Shown here in pieces: positions 1 to 14,798 of a stretch of 64,000 bases of DNA (positions are counted from its first letter, which is position 1; the number at the start of each line of letters is the position of its first letter). The stretch lies in the sequence record NZ_LR134454.1; one strand, 5' to 3'. This DNA is from a plasmid. The notes under the pieces were generated by a model. That model worked only from the letters and a program-made list of their open reading frames with translations. It did no database searches and had not been told where the DNA came from. The translations under genes and the position numbers were made by a program.

Positions 1-18
1 CGTAGAGGCAGGTATTCG

Positions 19-4618
<4,600 letters not shown>

Positions 4619-4626
<8 letters not shown>

Positions 4627-6085
4627 TCCGCAAGGCTTTCTGAAGAACAACTCGCGTGAGCTGCCGGTTCGCCGGCCGGTCCCGCTCCGGCTCCTGGACT
4701 GGAACGAGGTCTACAAGCCCTTCGACGGGACCACCCTGCGCAAGCAGGCCTCTCGGTGCATGGACTGCGGTATCCCGTTCTGCCACAACGGCTGCCCGCT
4801 GGGGAACCTGATCCCCGAGTGGAACACGCTGGCGTACAAGGGCCGCTGGTACGACGGCATCGAGCGGCTGCACGCCACGAACAACTTCCCGGAGTTCACC
4901 GGGCGGCTGTGCCCCGCGCCGTGCGAGGCGTCGTGCGTGCTCGGCATCAACCAGGATCCCGTCACGATCAAGCAGGTCGAGGTCGAGCTCATCGACAAGG
5001 CCTTCGACGAGGGCTGGGTCTCGCCGCAGCACCCGACCAAGCTGACCGGCAAGAAGATCGCCGTCGTCGGCTCGGGTCCGGCGGGCCTCGCCGCGGCGCA
5101 GCAGCTGACCCGCGGCGGCCACACGGTGACCGTCTACGAACGCGCCGACCGCATCGGCGGCCTGCTCCGCTACGGCATCCCCGAGTTCAAGATGGAGAAG
5201 CGGCACATCGATCGCCGCCTCGCCCAGATGAACGCCGAGGGCACCGTCTTCAAGACCGGCGTGAACGTGGGCGTCGACGTGACCGTCGAGCAGCTCCGCG
5301 AGGACTTCGACGCGGTCGTGCTCGCCAACGGCGCCACCGTCTGGCGCGACCTGCCGATCCCCGGCCGCGAGCTGGACGGCATCCACCAGGCGATGGAGTT
5401 CCTGCCGTGGGCCAACCGCGCCGCGGTCGGCGACGACGTCCTCGACGAGAACGGCCTGCCGCCGCTGCACGCCAAGGACAAGAAGGTCGTCATCATCGGC
5501 GGCGGCGACACCGGCGCCGACTGCCTCGGCACCTCGCTGCGCCAGGGCGCGACCAGCGTGCACCAGTTCGAGATCATGCCGGTCCCGCCGCGCGAGCGCG
5601 CCGAGTCGACCCCGTGGCCGACCTACCCGCTCATGTACCGCATCAGCTCGGCCCACGAGGAGGGCGGCGAGCGCGTCTTCTCCGTGAGCACCGAGGAGTT
5701 CGTGGGCGAGGACGGCAAGGTCACCGGCCTCAAGGCCTACGAGGTCAAGATGGAGGGCGGTCGCTTCGAGAAGGTCGAGGGCACCGACTTCACCCTCGAG
5801 GCCGACCTCGTGCTGCTCGCCATGGGCTTCGTGGGTCCGCAGCGCGACGACCTGCTCGACAAGCTCGGCGTCGAGTACAGCGAGCGCGGCAACGTCGCCC
5901 GCGGTGACGACTTCCAGTCGACGGTGCCGGGCGTCTTCGTCGCCGGCGACGCCGGCCGCGGCCAGTCGCTCATCGTGTGGGCCATCGCGGAGGGCCGCAG
6001 CGCCGCGGCCGCCGTCGACCGGTTCCTCATGGGCGACACCGCGCTGCCCGCGCCGATCGTCCCCACCGCCGCGCCGCAGCGGTAG
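4619..6085 (+). CDS. gltD: Glutamate synthase small subunit (NADPH), 488 aa
   Basis: Overlaps the gltB stop by 8 nt. Cys-rich Fe-S motif ([17 protein letters not shown]). FAD/NAD(P)-binding GxGxxG ([12 protein letters not shown]). Confidence 0.95.
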
Positions 6086-6092
6086 CGCACCG

Positions 6093-6143
6093 TCGAACGA
6101 CGAAGGCCGGCTCCCCGTGCGGGAGCCGGCCTTCGGTCGTTCG
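6093..6143. terminator. Long GC-rich hairpin between convergent gltD and the DUF937 gene (bidirectional terminator)
   Basis: Near-perfect inverted repeat cgaacgacgaaggccggctccc/gggagccggccttcggtcgttcg read directly in the sequence. Confidence 0.6.
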
Positions 6144-6148
6144 AGGGG

Positions 6149-6673
6149 CTACTTGCCCTTGAGCAGGCCGCCCAGGATGCTGCCGAGCACGTTGCCCGCG
6201 GCGTTGCCGCCGGCCTGCTGGTTGCCGCCGCCGAGCATGTTGCCCAGGATGCTGCCGAGGACGTCGCCGCCGCTCTGCTGCTGCGGGGCCGGGGCCTGCT
6301 CCTGCTGCGGAGCGGCCGCGCCACCGCTGGTCAGCTTCTTCATGACGAAGCTGATGACGATGGGCGCGAGGATCGGGAGCAGCTGCTTGACCAGGCCGTC
6401 GGTGACGCCGGAGGACAGCGGCGCGGCGGCCGCGGCGGCCACGTCGTCGGTCTTCTCGCCGAACAGGCTGGAGACGATCTGCTGGCCGTCGCCGTTGTCG
6501 GCGGCCTGGGCGAGATCGGCGGGGGCCTCGGTGGTGTCCTGCGCCTGGAGGCCGGCGAGCAGGGTCGGCACCGTCTGGTTGACGGCCTCCGAGGCGACGT
6601 CCTCCGAGACGCCGAGCTGGGCGGCGATATCCGCGAGCGGGATGGACTTGATCAGGTCGTCGAGATCGGACAC
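6149..6673 (-). CDS. DUF937-family protein (Gly/Ala/Gln-rich C-terminus)
   Basis: The track ORF runs 6149..6883. Start re-called at GTG 6673, preceded by AAGGAGAA. Opens with SDLDDLIKSIPLADIAAQLGV, typical of DUF937. Confidence 0.6.
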   Translation of the reverse strand: MSDLDDLIKSIPLADIAAQLGVSEDVASEAVNQTVPTLLAGLQAQDTTEAPADLAQAADNGDGQQIVSSLFGEKTDDVAAAAAAPLSSGVTDGLVKQLLPILAPIVISFVMKKLTSGGAAAPQQEQAPAPQQQSGGDVLGSILGNMLGGGNQQAGGNAAGNVLGSILGGLLKGK

Positions 6674-6974
6674 GGTTCTCCTTGGCGGATGTGTGAGTAC
6701 GCAAATTGCTGCACGAACACCCATAGAGTAGCCGCGGCGTGCGCGGGCGCTCGCCGGAACCCGCGTGTGAGGAGCGACACGCTTCGGGTGCGAGCGCTGG
6801 ACCGCGCGCCGAGGGAGGAATACAGTATCTGTAACCAACCGTTCCGCATCAAGATCGCACCGGAGACCGTCGTGAAGCTGCACCGTCGCACCACCCTGCT
6901 GGGCTCGAAGGCGATCTCCCGGTTGCGGAACCGCCGACTCGCGCGCTCGCTCGCCGAGGACGGCGAGCGCCTCG

Positions 6975-7835
6975 TCACCGCGTCGGACCTGCGGGTTCTC
7001 CGGGCCGGCTAGTCGCGTCCAGGATCAGCGCCGCCGTCTGCGCGGGCTGATCGACCATGGCCTGATGCCCGCTCGGCGCGATCACGGCGTAGTGCGCGTG
7101 CAGCACGTCGGCTAGTTCCCGTTGCTGCTCCAACCAGTGATTCGCCCACGGAGTGCGCCTGCCCGCGAACGCCGCGGCCACGGTGCACGGGATGCCGGCC
7201 GGGAGGGGCGTCCGCTCCCGCAGATCCGCCAGCTCGTGCGCCAGCACCGGGTAGCGGCCGTTCTCCAGGAAGGCGGCCCGGAAGTACGCCTCGGAACTGA
7301 GGATCTCGGCGTACTCGGGCGGTGGCGCGCCCGCGCCCAGCATCCGGTGGACCAGCGGGCCGAACAGGTTCATCCGCACCGCGGCCGCCGCATCGGCCGA
7401 CCGGAGGAGAGCGGCGTCGCGTACCTCGCCCGGCACGACCCATCGCGGTGAGGTCTCGACGCTGCCGTCGAGGAGGACGGATCCCGCTGTCCGGTCGGGG
7501 AATTCGCGGAGGAAGGCCTCGACGTAGAAGCTCGCCATGGAGTGCCCGACCAGCACGGCCGAGTCGATGTCCAGCGCGTCCAGCAGCTCGCGCAGGCGGG
7601 TGACCTCGGAGTCCAGGGTGGGGACGGCACCGTCGGGCCAAGGATCGGAGAGGCCGTACCCGGGCCGGTCCAGCCGGACGATGGCGCGGCTCGCGGTCAG
7701 GAGTTCCGTGACGGCGTCCCAGTCGAACCAGTTCCCGGCCAGGCCGGAGTTGAGCACGACGGGTGGGCCGCTCGCCGGGGCGATCGGTTCGTCGACCACC
7801 ACGTGGGTGCGGGTACCCGCCAGATCGAGCAGCAC
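6975..7835 (-). CDS. Alpha/beta-fold hydrolase
   Basis: 286-aa ORF with a GHSMAS nucleophile-elbow-like motif (VLVGHSMASF). Confidence 0.7.
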   Translation of the reverse strand: MLLDLAGTRTHVVVDEPIAPASGPPVVLNSGLAGNWFDWDAVTELLTASRAIVRLDRPGYGLSDPWPDGAVPTLDSEVTRLRELLDALDIDSAVLVGHSMASFYVEAFLREFPDRTAGSVLLDGSVETSPRWVVPGEVRDAALLRSADAAAAVRMNLFGPLVHRMLGAGAPPPEYAEILSSEAYFRAAFLENGRYPVLAHELADLRERTPLPAGIPCTVAAAFAGRRTPWANHWLEQQRELADVLHAHYAVIAPSGHQAMVDQPAQTAALILDATSRPGEPAGPTR

Positions 7836-7855
7836 ACCGGCGAGGATAGTCGGGC

Positions 7856-8086
7856 ATGATGGTGCGCGTGAGTGAGGCGATCGACGTGACCATCTCCGAC
7901 GATGTGATCCGGCTGGGGCAGTTCCTCAAGCTGGCGGGTCTCATCGACTCCGGGGCCGAGGCCAAGGCGGTGATCGCCGACGGCGAGGTCACGGTGAACG
8001 GCGAGGTCGACGTCCGCCGCGGCCGGCAGCTCGCGGTGGGTGACGTGGTGGAGGTCTTCGGGCGGTCCGCCCGCGTCGCGCGCTGA
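7856..8086 (+). CDS. S4-domain RNA-binding protein (YbcJ-like), 76 aa
   Basis: MMVRVSEAIDVTISDDVIRLGQFLKLAGLIDSGAEAKAVIADGEVTVNGEV... matches the small ribosome-associated S4-like protein family. Confidence 0.75.
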   Translation: MMVRVSEAIDVTISDDVIRLGQFLKLAGLIDSGAEAKAVIADGEVTVNGEVDVRRGRQLAVGDVVEVFGRSARVAR

Positions 8087-8090
8087 GCCG

Positions 8091-8810
8091 TCAGTCCTCG
8101 CGGGCGGCCGCGGCCGCCACCGCGACCCGCCCGAGGACCTGCAACTGTGCCGGGTTGTAGAGCTCGGTCAGCGCCGCGAGGAGGACGCGCTGCGCGGTGC
8201 GCTGATCGTGTCCGCCCTCGTCGGACCAGACGCCCAGGTCGGGGAAGTCCGTCACCTGCCGCAGGACGTCGGGGACGAGGCGCGCGACCACGTCCTCGAT
8301 CGTCGCGTCGTCCGCGTCGGCGGGCAGCCGGTCGAAGTCGTCGCCCGCGACGGTGCGGCCGTGCGCGGTGAGCATCCGCGCGTACTCCTCGGCCCTCGCC
8401 GGGCCCACCAGCTGGGCGAGCACGACGCTGAACTTGCGGTCGGCGGGGGAGAGGCGCTGGGCCGCCGACAGCCCGGGCGGCAGGTCCGACGGCGCCGTCG
8501 ACGTGCGCAGCGCGCGCAGGTCCTCGCGGATCGCCTGCAGCCGCTCGATGTCGGCGGCCAGCTTCGCGTCCAGCTCGGCGGCCGCGTCGTCGTCCACGTC
8601 GTCGGTGTCCATCGCGGCGATCTGCGCGAGGCTGAAACCCAGCCCCGTCATGCGGCGGATCCACACCAGCCGCACGAGATGCTCGACGCCGTAGGTCTTG
8701 TAGCCGTTGGACCGTCGTGCGGGCTCGTCCAGCAGCCCGACGTCGTGGTAGTGCCGCACGGTGCGCAGGCTGGTCCCCGCCAGCTCAGCGACCTCGCGCG
8801 TGCTCCACAT
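8091..8810 (-). CDS. MerR-family transcriptional regulator
   Basis: N-terminal HTH (REVAELAGTSLRTVRHYHDVGLL) typical of MerR. Confidence 0.8.
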   Translation of the reverse strand: MWSTREVAELAGTSLRTVRHYHDVGLLDEPARRSNGYKTYGVEHLVRLVWIRRMTGLGFSLAQIAAMDTDDVDDDAAAELDAKLAADIERLQAIREDLRALRTSTAPSDLPPGLSAAQRLSPADRKFSVVLAQLVGPARAEEYARMLTAHGRTVAGDDFDRLPADADDATIEDVVARLVPDVLRQVTDFPDLGVWSDEGGHDQRTAQRVLLAALTELYNPAQLQVLGRVAVAAAAARED

Positions 8811-8815
8811 GATCG

Positions 8816-9307
8816 CTAGCGGAGCACGATTCCGTCGTCGTCGCTGAAGAGCACATCGCCCGGGGTGAACGTCACGCCGCCGAAGGTGAGCGGGATGTCG
8901 CGCTGCCCCTCGGCGGTCTTGGTGGACTTGCGCGGGTTGGTGCCGAGCGCCTTGACGCCGATGTCCAGCGTGCCGATCACGGCGGCGTCGCGGACCGCGC
9001 CGTAGGCCACGATGCCGGCCCAGCCGTTGCCGCGGCCGAGCTCGGCGATGAGGTCGCCGACCAGCGCGGTGTGCAGCGACGGGACGCCGTTCTCGTCGGA
9101 GCCGTCGATGACCAGCACGCGGCCCTCACCGGGCTCGCCCAGGATCGACTTGAGCAGCGCGTTGTCCTGGAAGCACCTGACGGTGACGACCTCGCCGGCG
9201 AACTGCTTGCGGCCGCCGAACTGGCGGAACTGCGTGTCGCAGCTGCGCACGTCGGGGCCGATCTCGTCGACCAGGTCCGCGGTGGGGGTGAACTGCACGT
9301 CGCTCAT
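8816..9307 (-). CDS. rraA: RraA-family protein (RNase E regulator / 4-hydroxy-4-methyl-2-oxoglutarate aldolase-like)
   Basis: The track ORF is 349 aa. The real product is likely ~163 aa from [23 protein letters not shown] (ATG ~9307). The [32 protein letters not shown] region is RraA/MenG-like. Confidence 0.7.
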   Translation of the reverse strand: MSDVQFTPTADLVDEIGPDVRSCDTQFRQFGGRKQFAGEVVTVRCFQDNALLKSILGEPGEGRVLVIDGSDENGVPSLHTALVGDLIAELGRGNGWAGIVAYGAVRDAAVIGTLDIGVKALGTNPRKSTKTAEGQRDIPLTFGGVTFTPGDVLFSDDDGIVLR

Positions 9308-9446
9308 GCCGCGATCATAACGGCGCTCACGATTTCGCAATCTTGTGCGGTGGACACGTCGTGGAGCACGTCCGACTGCGCAGAACCCCACATCGTGAAC
9401 CAACCACGCTATTGAGTGAGCATCAACAAGCGGGTAATCTGGCGGC

Positions 9447-10997
9447 ATGCCAGCACCTACCCAGGCCACGTTCGACCGTCTTCGCGCCCTCGCGGCGATC
9501 GACCACCCGGAGCAGCGCGAGTCGCGCGACGTCCTCGAGGCGTTCTCCGGCGCGAAGGTCACCACGATCCCGGTGGGCACGGTCGAGGATGTGGAGAAGG
9601 CCTTCGAGCGGGCCCGCCTCGCACAGAAGCAGTGGGCGGCCCGCAGCGCGAAGGATCGCGCGGCCGTGCTGCTGAAGTTCGCCGACCTGGTGAACGAGCA
9701 CCGCGCCGAGCTCATGGACATGGTGCAGCTGGAGACCGGCAAGGCTCGACAGTACGCGCAGGAGGAGTCGCTGGACGTCGCGATGACGGCCCGCTGGTAC
9801 GGCAAGAACGCGCCGAAGATCCTGGCGGAGAAGAGCACCGACGGCATGCTGCCGGTGTTCACCAAGACCCGCGTGCGCTACCAGCCCAAGGGCGTGGTCG
9901 GCGTGATCGCGCCGTGGAACTACCCGATCACCCTCGCGGTCTCCGACGGTGTCGCCGCGCTGGCCGCCGGCAACGCCGTCGTGCTCAAGCCCGACTCGCA
10001 GACCCCGTACTGCGCCCTCGCGGCCGTCGAGCTGCTGTACCAGGCCGGCCTGCCCCGCGACCTGTTCGCCGTGGTCCCCGGCCCCGGCGGCGTCGTGGGC
10101 ACCGCGATCGTCGAGCGCGCCGACTACCTCATGTTCACCGGCTCCTCCGCCACCGGCGCCACGCTCGCCGAGCAGTGCGGCAAGCGCCTCATCGGCTTCT
10201 CCGCCGAGCTGGGCGGCAAGAATCCCATGGTGGTCACCAAGGACGCCGACATCGCGCACACGGCCGACGGTGCCGCCCGCGCCGCGTTCTCGAACTCGGG
10301 GCAGCTGTGCATCTCGATCGAGCGGATCTACGTCGAGCGGGAGATCGCCGACGAGTTCGCCCGCGCCTTCGCCGAGCGCACCGCCGCGCTCGCGCTGGGC
10401 GCCGGCTACGACTTCGAGAACGAGATGGGCTCGCTCGCGTCGAAGTCGCAGATCGACACCGTCGCCGCGCACGTGGACGACGCGGTCGCCAAGGGCGCGA
10501 CGGTGCTCGCCGGCGGCAAGGCCCGCCCCGACCTCGGCCCGTTCTTCTACGAGCCGACCGTGCTCAAGGACGTGCCGGAGGAGGCCGTCTGCTTCAAGTC
10601 GGAGACCTTCGGCCCGCTGGTCTCGATCTACCCCGTCGACTCCATCGACGAGGCCGTCGAGAAGGCCAACGACACCGAGTACGGCCTCAACGCCAGCGTT
10701 TTCGCCGGATCGTCCAAGCAGGCCCAGGAGATCGCCGAGCGGATCAACGCCGGCACCGTCAACATCAACGAGGGCTACGCCGCCGCGTGGGGCTCCACCG
10801 CCGCGCCGATGGGCGGCATGGGCATCTCGGGCGTCGGCCGCCGCCACGGCACCGAGGGCCTGCTCAAGTACTGCGAGTCGAAGACCATCGCGCAGCAGCG
10901 GATCATCGGCATCGGCGGCATCAAGGGCGTGCCGCGCAACGTCTTCCTCAACGTCGTTCCGTCGGCGATCAAGGCGCTCAAGCTGATCGGCCGTTAG
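9447..10997 (+). CDS. gabD2: Succinate-semialdehyde dehydrogenase [NADP+] (GabD2-like aldehyde dehydrogenase)
   Basis: 516 aa with aldehyde dehydrogenase motifs ([15 protein letters not shown], catalytic Cys in [12 protein letters not shown]). Strong whole-length resemblance to mycobacterial GabD2. Confidence 0.85.
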   Translation: MPAPTQATFDRLRALAAIDHPEQRESRDVLEAFSGAKVTTIPVGTVEDVEKAFERARLAQKQWAARSAKDRAAVLLKFADLVNEHRAELMDMVQLETGKARQYAQEESLDVAMTARWYGKNAPKILAEKSTDGMLPVFTKTRVRYQPKGVVGVIAPWNYPITLAVSDGVAALAAGNAVVLKPDSQTPYCALAAVELLYQAGLPRDLFAVVPGPGGVVGTAIVERADYLMFTGSSATGATLAEQCGKRLIGFSAELGGKNPMVVTKDADIAHTADGAARAAFSNSGQLCISIERIYVEREIADEFARAFAERTAALALGAGYDFENEMGSLASKSQIDTVAAHVDDAVAKGATVLAGGKARPDLGPFFYEPTVLKDVPEEAVCFKSETFGPLVSIYPVDSIDEAVEKANDTEYGLNASVFAGSSKQAQEIAERINAGTVNINEGYAAAWGSTAAPMGGMGISGVGRRHGTEGLLKYCESKTIAQQRIIGIGGIKGVPRNVFLNVVPSAIKALKLIGR

Positions 10998-11068
10998 TCC
11001 GGCACCCGGCGATGGCCCCCTCCACGTGGAGGGGGCCATCGCCGTTCTCGAGGCCGCCGCGGCGGCGG

Positions 11069-11995
11069 CTACAGGCGGGGGCCTGACGCCCGCACGGCGG
11101 CGGTGACCGCGGTGGCGACCGCCTCGCCCTCCTCGGGGAAGGGGTGCAGCGCGGCGGCGCGAGGGACCTCGTCGACGCCGTTGATCCACGGTCGCGCGCT
11201 GCACAGCTCGTGGCCCTTCGACGGTGCCTCCATGTCGACGTACTCGGCGCGGGCGTTCACGGCGGCCCGCCGGACGGCGCCGTTGAGCCGCTCGGTGAGG
11301 ATGCTGCGCATCCACGGGATCGAGGCGGAGCGGAAGGGTGCGATCGTGGCGCAGGTCCGGTCGCCGGCGAACACGGCGGGGTAGCCGACCACGAGGATCC
11401 GCGCCTGCGGCGAGCGCTCGCGGACGGCGCGGATGATGCGCTCGTTCGCCGCGGTGATCTTCGCCAGACGGGAGGCGACGGCACCGTCGGACAGGCGGGC
11501 CGGGCGGGTGCGCTGATCGGCGGTGCAGCGAACCGCGGCCGATCGCGGCGCCACCGCGCAGGATTCGATGATGCTCGAGTAGAGGTCGCCGTCGTTGCCG
11601 CCGAGGGAGACGGTGACGAGCCTCGTGGCGGGGGTGATCCCGTCGAGCTGCGGCGCGGCGTCGTAGTAGCCGGTCTTCGCGGAGCCGGCGTGCTGGCTCG
11701 CGAAGGCGTCCCGCGTCTTGGCACCGCCGCAGGTGTTGTCCCGCAGTGCGTCCGGAGCGAGGCCCAGCGACGCGGCCACCAGCTTCGGGTAGTTGTGCGT
11801 GGACCGCCCGCAGGCGCGCTCCTGCTGCGAGGCGCCGACGGTGGCGTCGGCGGGGAGGGAGGAGTAGGAATCGCCGAGCGCGACGTAGCTGGGCGCGGCC
11901 GGGGCCGCGTGCGCCGGCGCGGCGCCGACCACGGCCGTCGTGGCGAGGACCGCCGCGCCGAGCAGGGACAGGGACGGGCGGGCGCGCATCGACAT
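11069..11995 (-). CDS. Secreted SGNH/GDSL-family hydrolase (lipase/esterase)
   Basis: Start re-called at MSMRARPSLSLLGAAVLATTAVVGAAPAHA, a signal peptide. VALGDSYSS (GDS motif), SLGGNDG block, DxxH-like C-terminus. The upstream 159 codons of the track ORF are judged non-coding. Confidence 0.7.
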   Translation of the reverse strand: MSMRARPSLSLLGAAVLATTAVVGAAPAHAAPAAPSYVALGDSYSSLPADATVGASQQERACGRSTHNYPKLVAASLGLAPDALRDNTCGGAKTRDAFASQHAGSAKTGYYDAAPQLDGITPATRLVTVSLGGNDGDLYSSIIESCAVAPRSAAVRCTADQRTRPARLSDGAVASRLAKITAANERIIRAVRERSPQARILVVGYPAVFAGDRTCATIAPFRSASIPWMRSILTERLNGAVRRAAVNARAEYVDMEAPSKGHELCSARPWINGVDEVPRAAALHPFPEEGEAVATAVTAAVRASGPRL

Positions 11996-12080
11996 GCCGC
12001 CACTGTATTGCGCGCGGCCGCGGCCCGCAGCCCGTCGAAAACCGGTTGCGGCGGCCCGGCGTGCGACGCACCCTGGAGGC

Positions 12081-12572
12081 ATGGAGGTCACGTTCGTCAA
12101 GCGCCGGAACGGGTACGACGTGCGGATCACGCGCGCGAAGGGCCCGGAGCTGGCGCCCCGCGGCGGTCCGGGCGGTCGGCCGCCGGTGCCGCACGACGCG
12201 GCGCACCTCATCGTCGAGGCCGAGGCGGGCCTGCGCGGCGGGGTGTTCGGGCGGATCGCCGACGCGAACGGCCTCGACGGGCTGTTCTGGCCCGCCGACC
12301 CGGGGGAGCGTCGCAAGGCGTCCCGCCGCAAGCGGCAGCCGACGGCCGCGCAGTCCGCGGACATGGCGCGCTCGGAGTACCTCGCGTCGCTGACCGCGGC
12401 GCTCTGGGAGGTGGAGCGCGGGCACCGGAAGCCGGAGCCCGCGTGGCCCGGCGTCCTCGAGGACGCGGACATCGATCCCGCCCTGTGCGAGCGGATCTTC
12501 GCCCGCTACGACGACTTCGCCCCGCGCTGGGCGGCGCTCCCCGACGGGGGCGAGCTCACGCTGCGCTGGTGA
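12081..12572 (+). CDS. Hypothetical protein (~163 aa)
   Basis: Start chosen at MEVTFVKRRNGYDVRITRAKG. No recognisable domain. Confidence 0.4.
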   Translation: MEVTFVKRRNGYDVRITRAKGPELAPRGGPGGRPPVPHDAAHLIVEAEAGLRGGVFGRIADANGLDGLFWPADPGERRKASRRKRQPTAAQSADMARSEYLASLTAALWEVERGHRKPEPAWPGVLEDADIDPALCERIFARYDDFAPRWAALPDGGELTLRW

Positions 12573-12584
12573 CCGCGCCCGGCC

Positions 12585-13216
12585 TCAGGCCGGGCGAGGA
12601 TCCACCGGACGACGGAGTTCCGCGCGCAGGGGCCGGTCCGCCAGCTTGATGACGAGCAGGGCCAGCGGGACGAGGACGAAGCCGATCACCGGCCCGACGA
12701 GGACCACGGTGTCGATCGGGTAGTGCAGCGCGAGGTACAGGCCGGCCGACGATCCGGTGACCGCGGTGACGGCGCAGACCACGCTCATCCACCGGATCCG
12801 GCTGCGGAACCGTGGAGACTCGTCCAGGCAGCGGTCCCACGCCGTCGGTTCGACCTTGAGCGCCTTCACGTACATCGGCCCGAGGATGCTCGCCACGAGC
12901 GGTCTGCGGGTGAACGCCGAGACGAGGAAGTACGCCGCCGCGAAGAAGCCGTCGATGGACTGTGCCGCAAGGGCGATCCGCGGCTCACCGGTGACGAGCG
13001 ACGGTATGAGGGCCACCGCGAGGATGGCGGTCGTGAACAGCTCCAGCTGCCCGACCTGGCGCGTGACGAGCATCCGCCAGGTCACGATCACCAGCCCCGT
13101 GACGATGCCGAGCACGACGCCGGTCAGCTGCGAGAGGCCACCCAGGCGGGTGGCGCTGAAGTAGGCGATGACCGGGAGGAGCCCGCCCAGGATCGCCGGG
13201 GGTGGTCGCTTCACGG
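12585..13216 (-). CDS. Integral membrane protein (~210 aa)
   Basis: Hydrophobic helices throughout (ILGGLLPVIAYFSATRLGG...). Start at GTG with a GTGA overlap onto the upstream GT2 gene stop. The track merges this with the next gene. Confidence 0.55.
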
Positions 13217-14071
13217 TCGCTCGCGCTCCGCCCCGGTGCTTCGGAAGACGTTCCGCAGCGCGAAGCCGCCGTCGCCGGTGCCGCGCAGGACGGCGAGCCG
13301 CGCCGCGTGGAAGCCGACGGTCAGCGGGAGCGCGACCGTCAGCCAGGTGGCCGTTCCCCGCCGGCCGTGGATCCAGAACGTGCGGGGCAGGTACGCGGCG
13401 TACGTCGCGTAACTGCCGACACCGGTGTAGAAGCGGCGGGGCGAGACCTCCACCACGACGTCCCGGATCAGCGCGCACTCCCCGCCCGAGTCCTGGACGC
13501 AGAGGGCGATGTCGACGTCCTCGAAGACGTCTCTGCGCATCGCGACGTGCGGCCGTATCCGGCGCCACGTCTCGGCGCGGAAGGCCATGCTCGGGCCGAA
13601 GCAGTAGCTCACCCGCTGCGCGCGTTTCTCGTTGCGCCCGAACGGGTCGTTCCACTTGTTCAGGGCGGATTGGAACCGCCGGCCGGGGAGCCCGCGGAAC
13701 TCCCCGAGGGTGGAGACGACGTCGAAGCCGCGGCCGTCGTCGGTGTCGAAGAACGTGCGAAGGCGCCGTGCCCACCCCGGAGCGACGACGGTGTCCGCGT
13801 CGATCCGGGCGATCACCGACGACGTGGCGGCGTCGAGCCCCGCGTTGCGGGCCCACACCAGGCCCTGCCGGGTCTCGCGGATCAACTTCACGACGGGGTT
13901 CGCCGCGGCGGTGGCCTCCACCAGGGCGACGGTGCGGTCTGTCGAGTTGTTGTCGACCACGATGATCTCGTCGATCTCGGAGCCTTCGGCGAGCAGTCGC
14001 TCGAGGCATTCCTCGATGACCTCGTCCTCGTTGTAGGCGGGAACGACAACAGTCAATGTGCTCTCTGCCAT
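13211..14071 (-). CDS. Family-2 glycosyltransferase
   Basis: MAESTLTVVVPAYNEDEVIEECLERL...DNNSTDRT...IDADTV - the classic GT2 (GT-A) DxD/N-terminal signature. Confidence 0.8.
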   Translation of the reverse strand: MAESTLTVVVPAYNEDEVIEECLERLLAEGSEIDEIIVVDNNSTDRTVALVEATAAANPVVKLIRETRQGLVWARNAGLDAATSSVIARIDADTVVAPGWARRLRTFFDTDDGRGFDVVSTLGEFRGLPGRRFQSALNKWNDPFGRNEKRAQRVSYCFGPSMAFRAETWRRIRPHVAMRRDVFEDVDIALCVQDSGGECALIRDVVVEVSPRRFYTGVGSYATYAAYLPRTFWIHGRRGTATWLTVALPLTVGFHAARLAVLRGTGDGGFALRNVFRSTGAERERP

Positions 14072-14225
14072 GGCGAAACGCTACGTCCGCCTCGGGACCG
14101 TCGCAGCGCGGCGACCGGTGAGACTACTCACAGGTCGCCGGCGATGTGGCGTTTGAAACACAACCGGGACGGGATCGCGGACCGTCGGCGACGGTACCGG
14201 GACGTGAGCGGCCCATCGTGAGGAC

Positions 14226-14786
14226 ATGGCTCATGTACTCACGAAATCGGCTGCCGCGCTGGTCGTCCTCGTCGCTGTGGCGGCGGTGATCGCGGCGTGT
14301 TCGGAGACGCTCCCGGGGATACCGGGAGGGGTGGAGACGGGCACCGTCGGGCAGTTGGGGGAGGCGGACGGCGTGGTGCTGGACCGGGTGGCGGTCGATG
14401 CGGATGTGCCGGCGGTGACAAGGCTCGATCCGAAGCTGCGCACGGCGATCCGGTCGGCTGCACGCGCCGCGGCCCGGGAGGGCGTCGCGATGCACCTGAC
14501 GTCGGGGTGGCGGTCCAAGCGATACCAGCAGTTCCTCTACGACGATGCTGTGCGGCGGGACGGGGCGGAGGAGGCGGCGCGGTTGGTCGCGACTCCGTCG
14601 ACCTCGGAGCACGTAACGGGCGATGCGGTGGACGTGGGGCCGACGGAGGCCGCGTACTGGATGGACCGCTACTCGGAGCGGTTCGGGTTGTGCCGCACGT
14701 ACGCGAACGAAGTGTGGCACTACGAGCTGCGGGCCGGGCGGGCGTGCCCGGAGATGGTGTCCGACGCCTCGGCGCGGCAGCGATGA
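14226..14786 (+). CDS. Peptidase M15 (VanY / D,D-carboxypeptidase-like) lipoprotein
   Basis: Signal peptide with lipobox (VIAACS). SGWRSKRYQQ and SEHVTGDAVDV Zn-binding blocks typical of M15B/VanY. Confidence 0.7.
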   Translation: MAHVLTKSAAALVVLVAVAAVIAACSETLPGIPGGVETGTVGQLGEADGVVLDRVAVDADVPAVTRLDPKLRTAIRSAARAAAREGVAMHLTSGWRSKRYQQFLYDDAVRRDGAEEAARLVATPSTSEHVTGDAVDVGPTEAAYWMDRYSERFGLCRTYANEVWHYELRAGRACPEMVSDASARQR

Positions 14787-14798
14787 GTGGGGGACCGG

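Noticed and set aside
6689-7012. 107-aa plus-strand ORF between the DUF937 and hydrolase genes
   Set aside because: Possible small protein from the internal VVKLHRRTTLLG, but no RBS or motif support and partly antisense to the hydrolase 3' end. Left uncalled.
7009-8664. 551-aa minus-strand ORF, Arg/Gly/Pro-rich
   Set aside because: Overlaps three well-supported genes (alpha/beta hydrolase, S4 protein, MerR) in other frames or strands. Composition is typical of GC-rich off-frame translation. No motifs.
9423-12425. 1000-aa minus-strand ORF
   Set aside because: Antisense to gabD2 and overlapping the SGNH hydrolase gene. Arg/Gly-rich low-complexity artefact of high GC.
12585-14009. 474-aa merged minus-strand ORF
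   Set aside because: Represents a frame read-through across two genes. The real genes are the membrane protein (12585-13216) and the GT2 glycosyltransferase (13211-14071) in a different frame.
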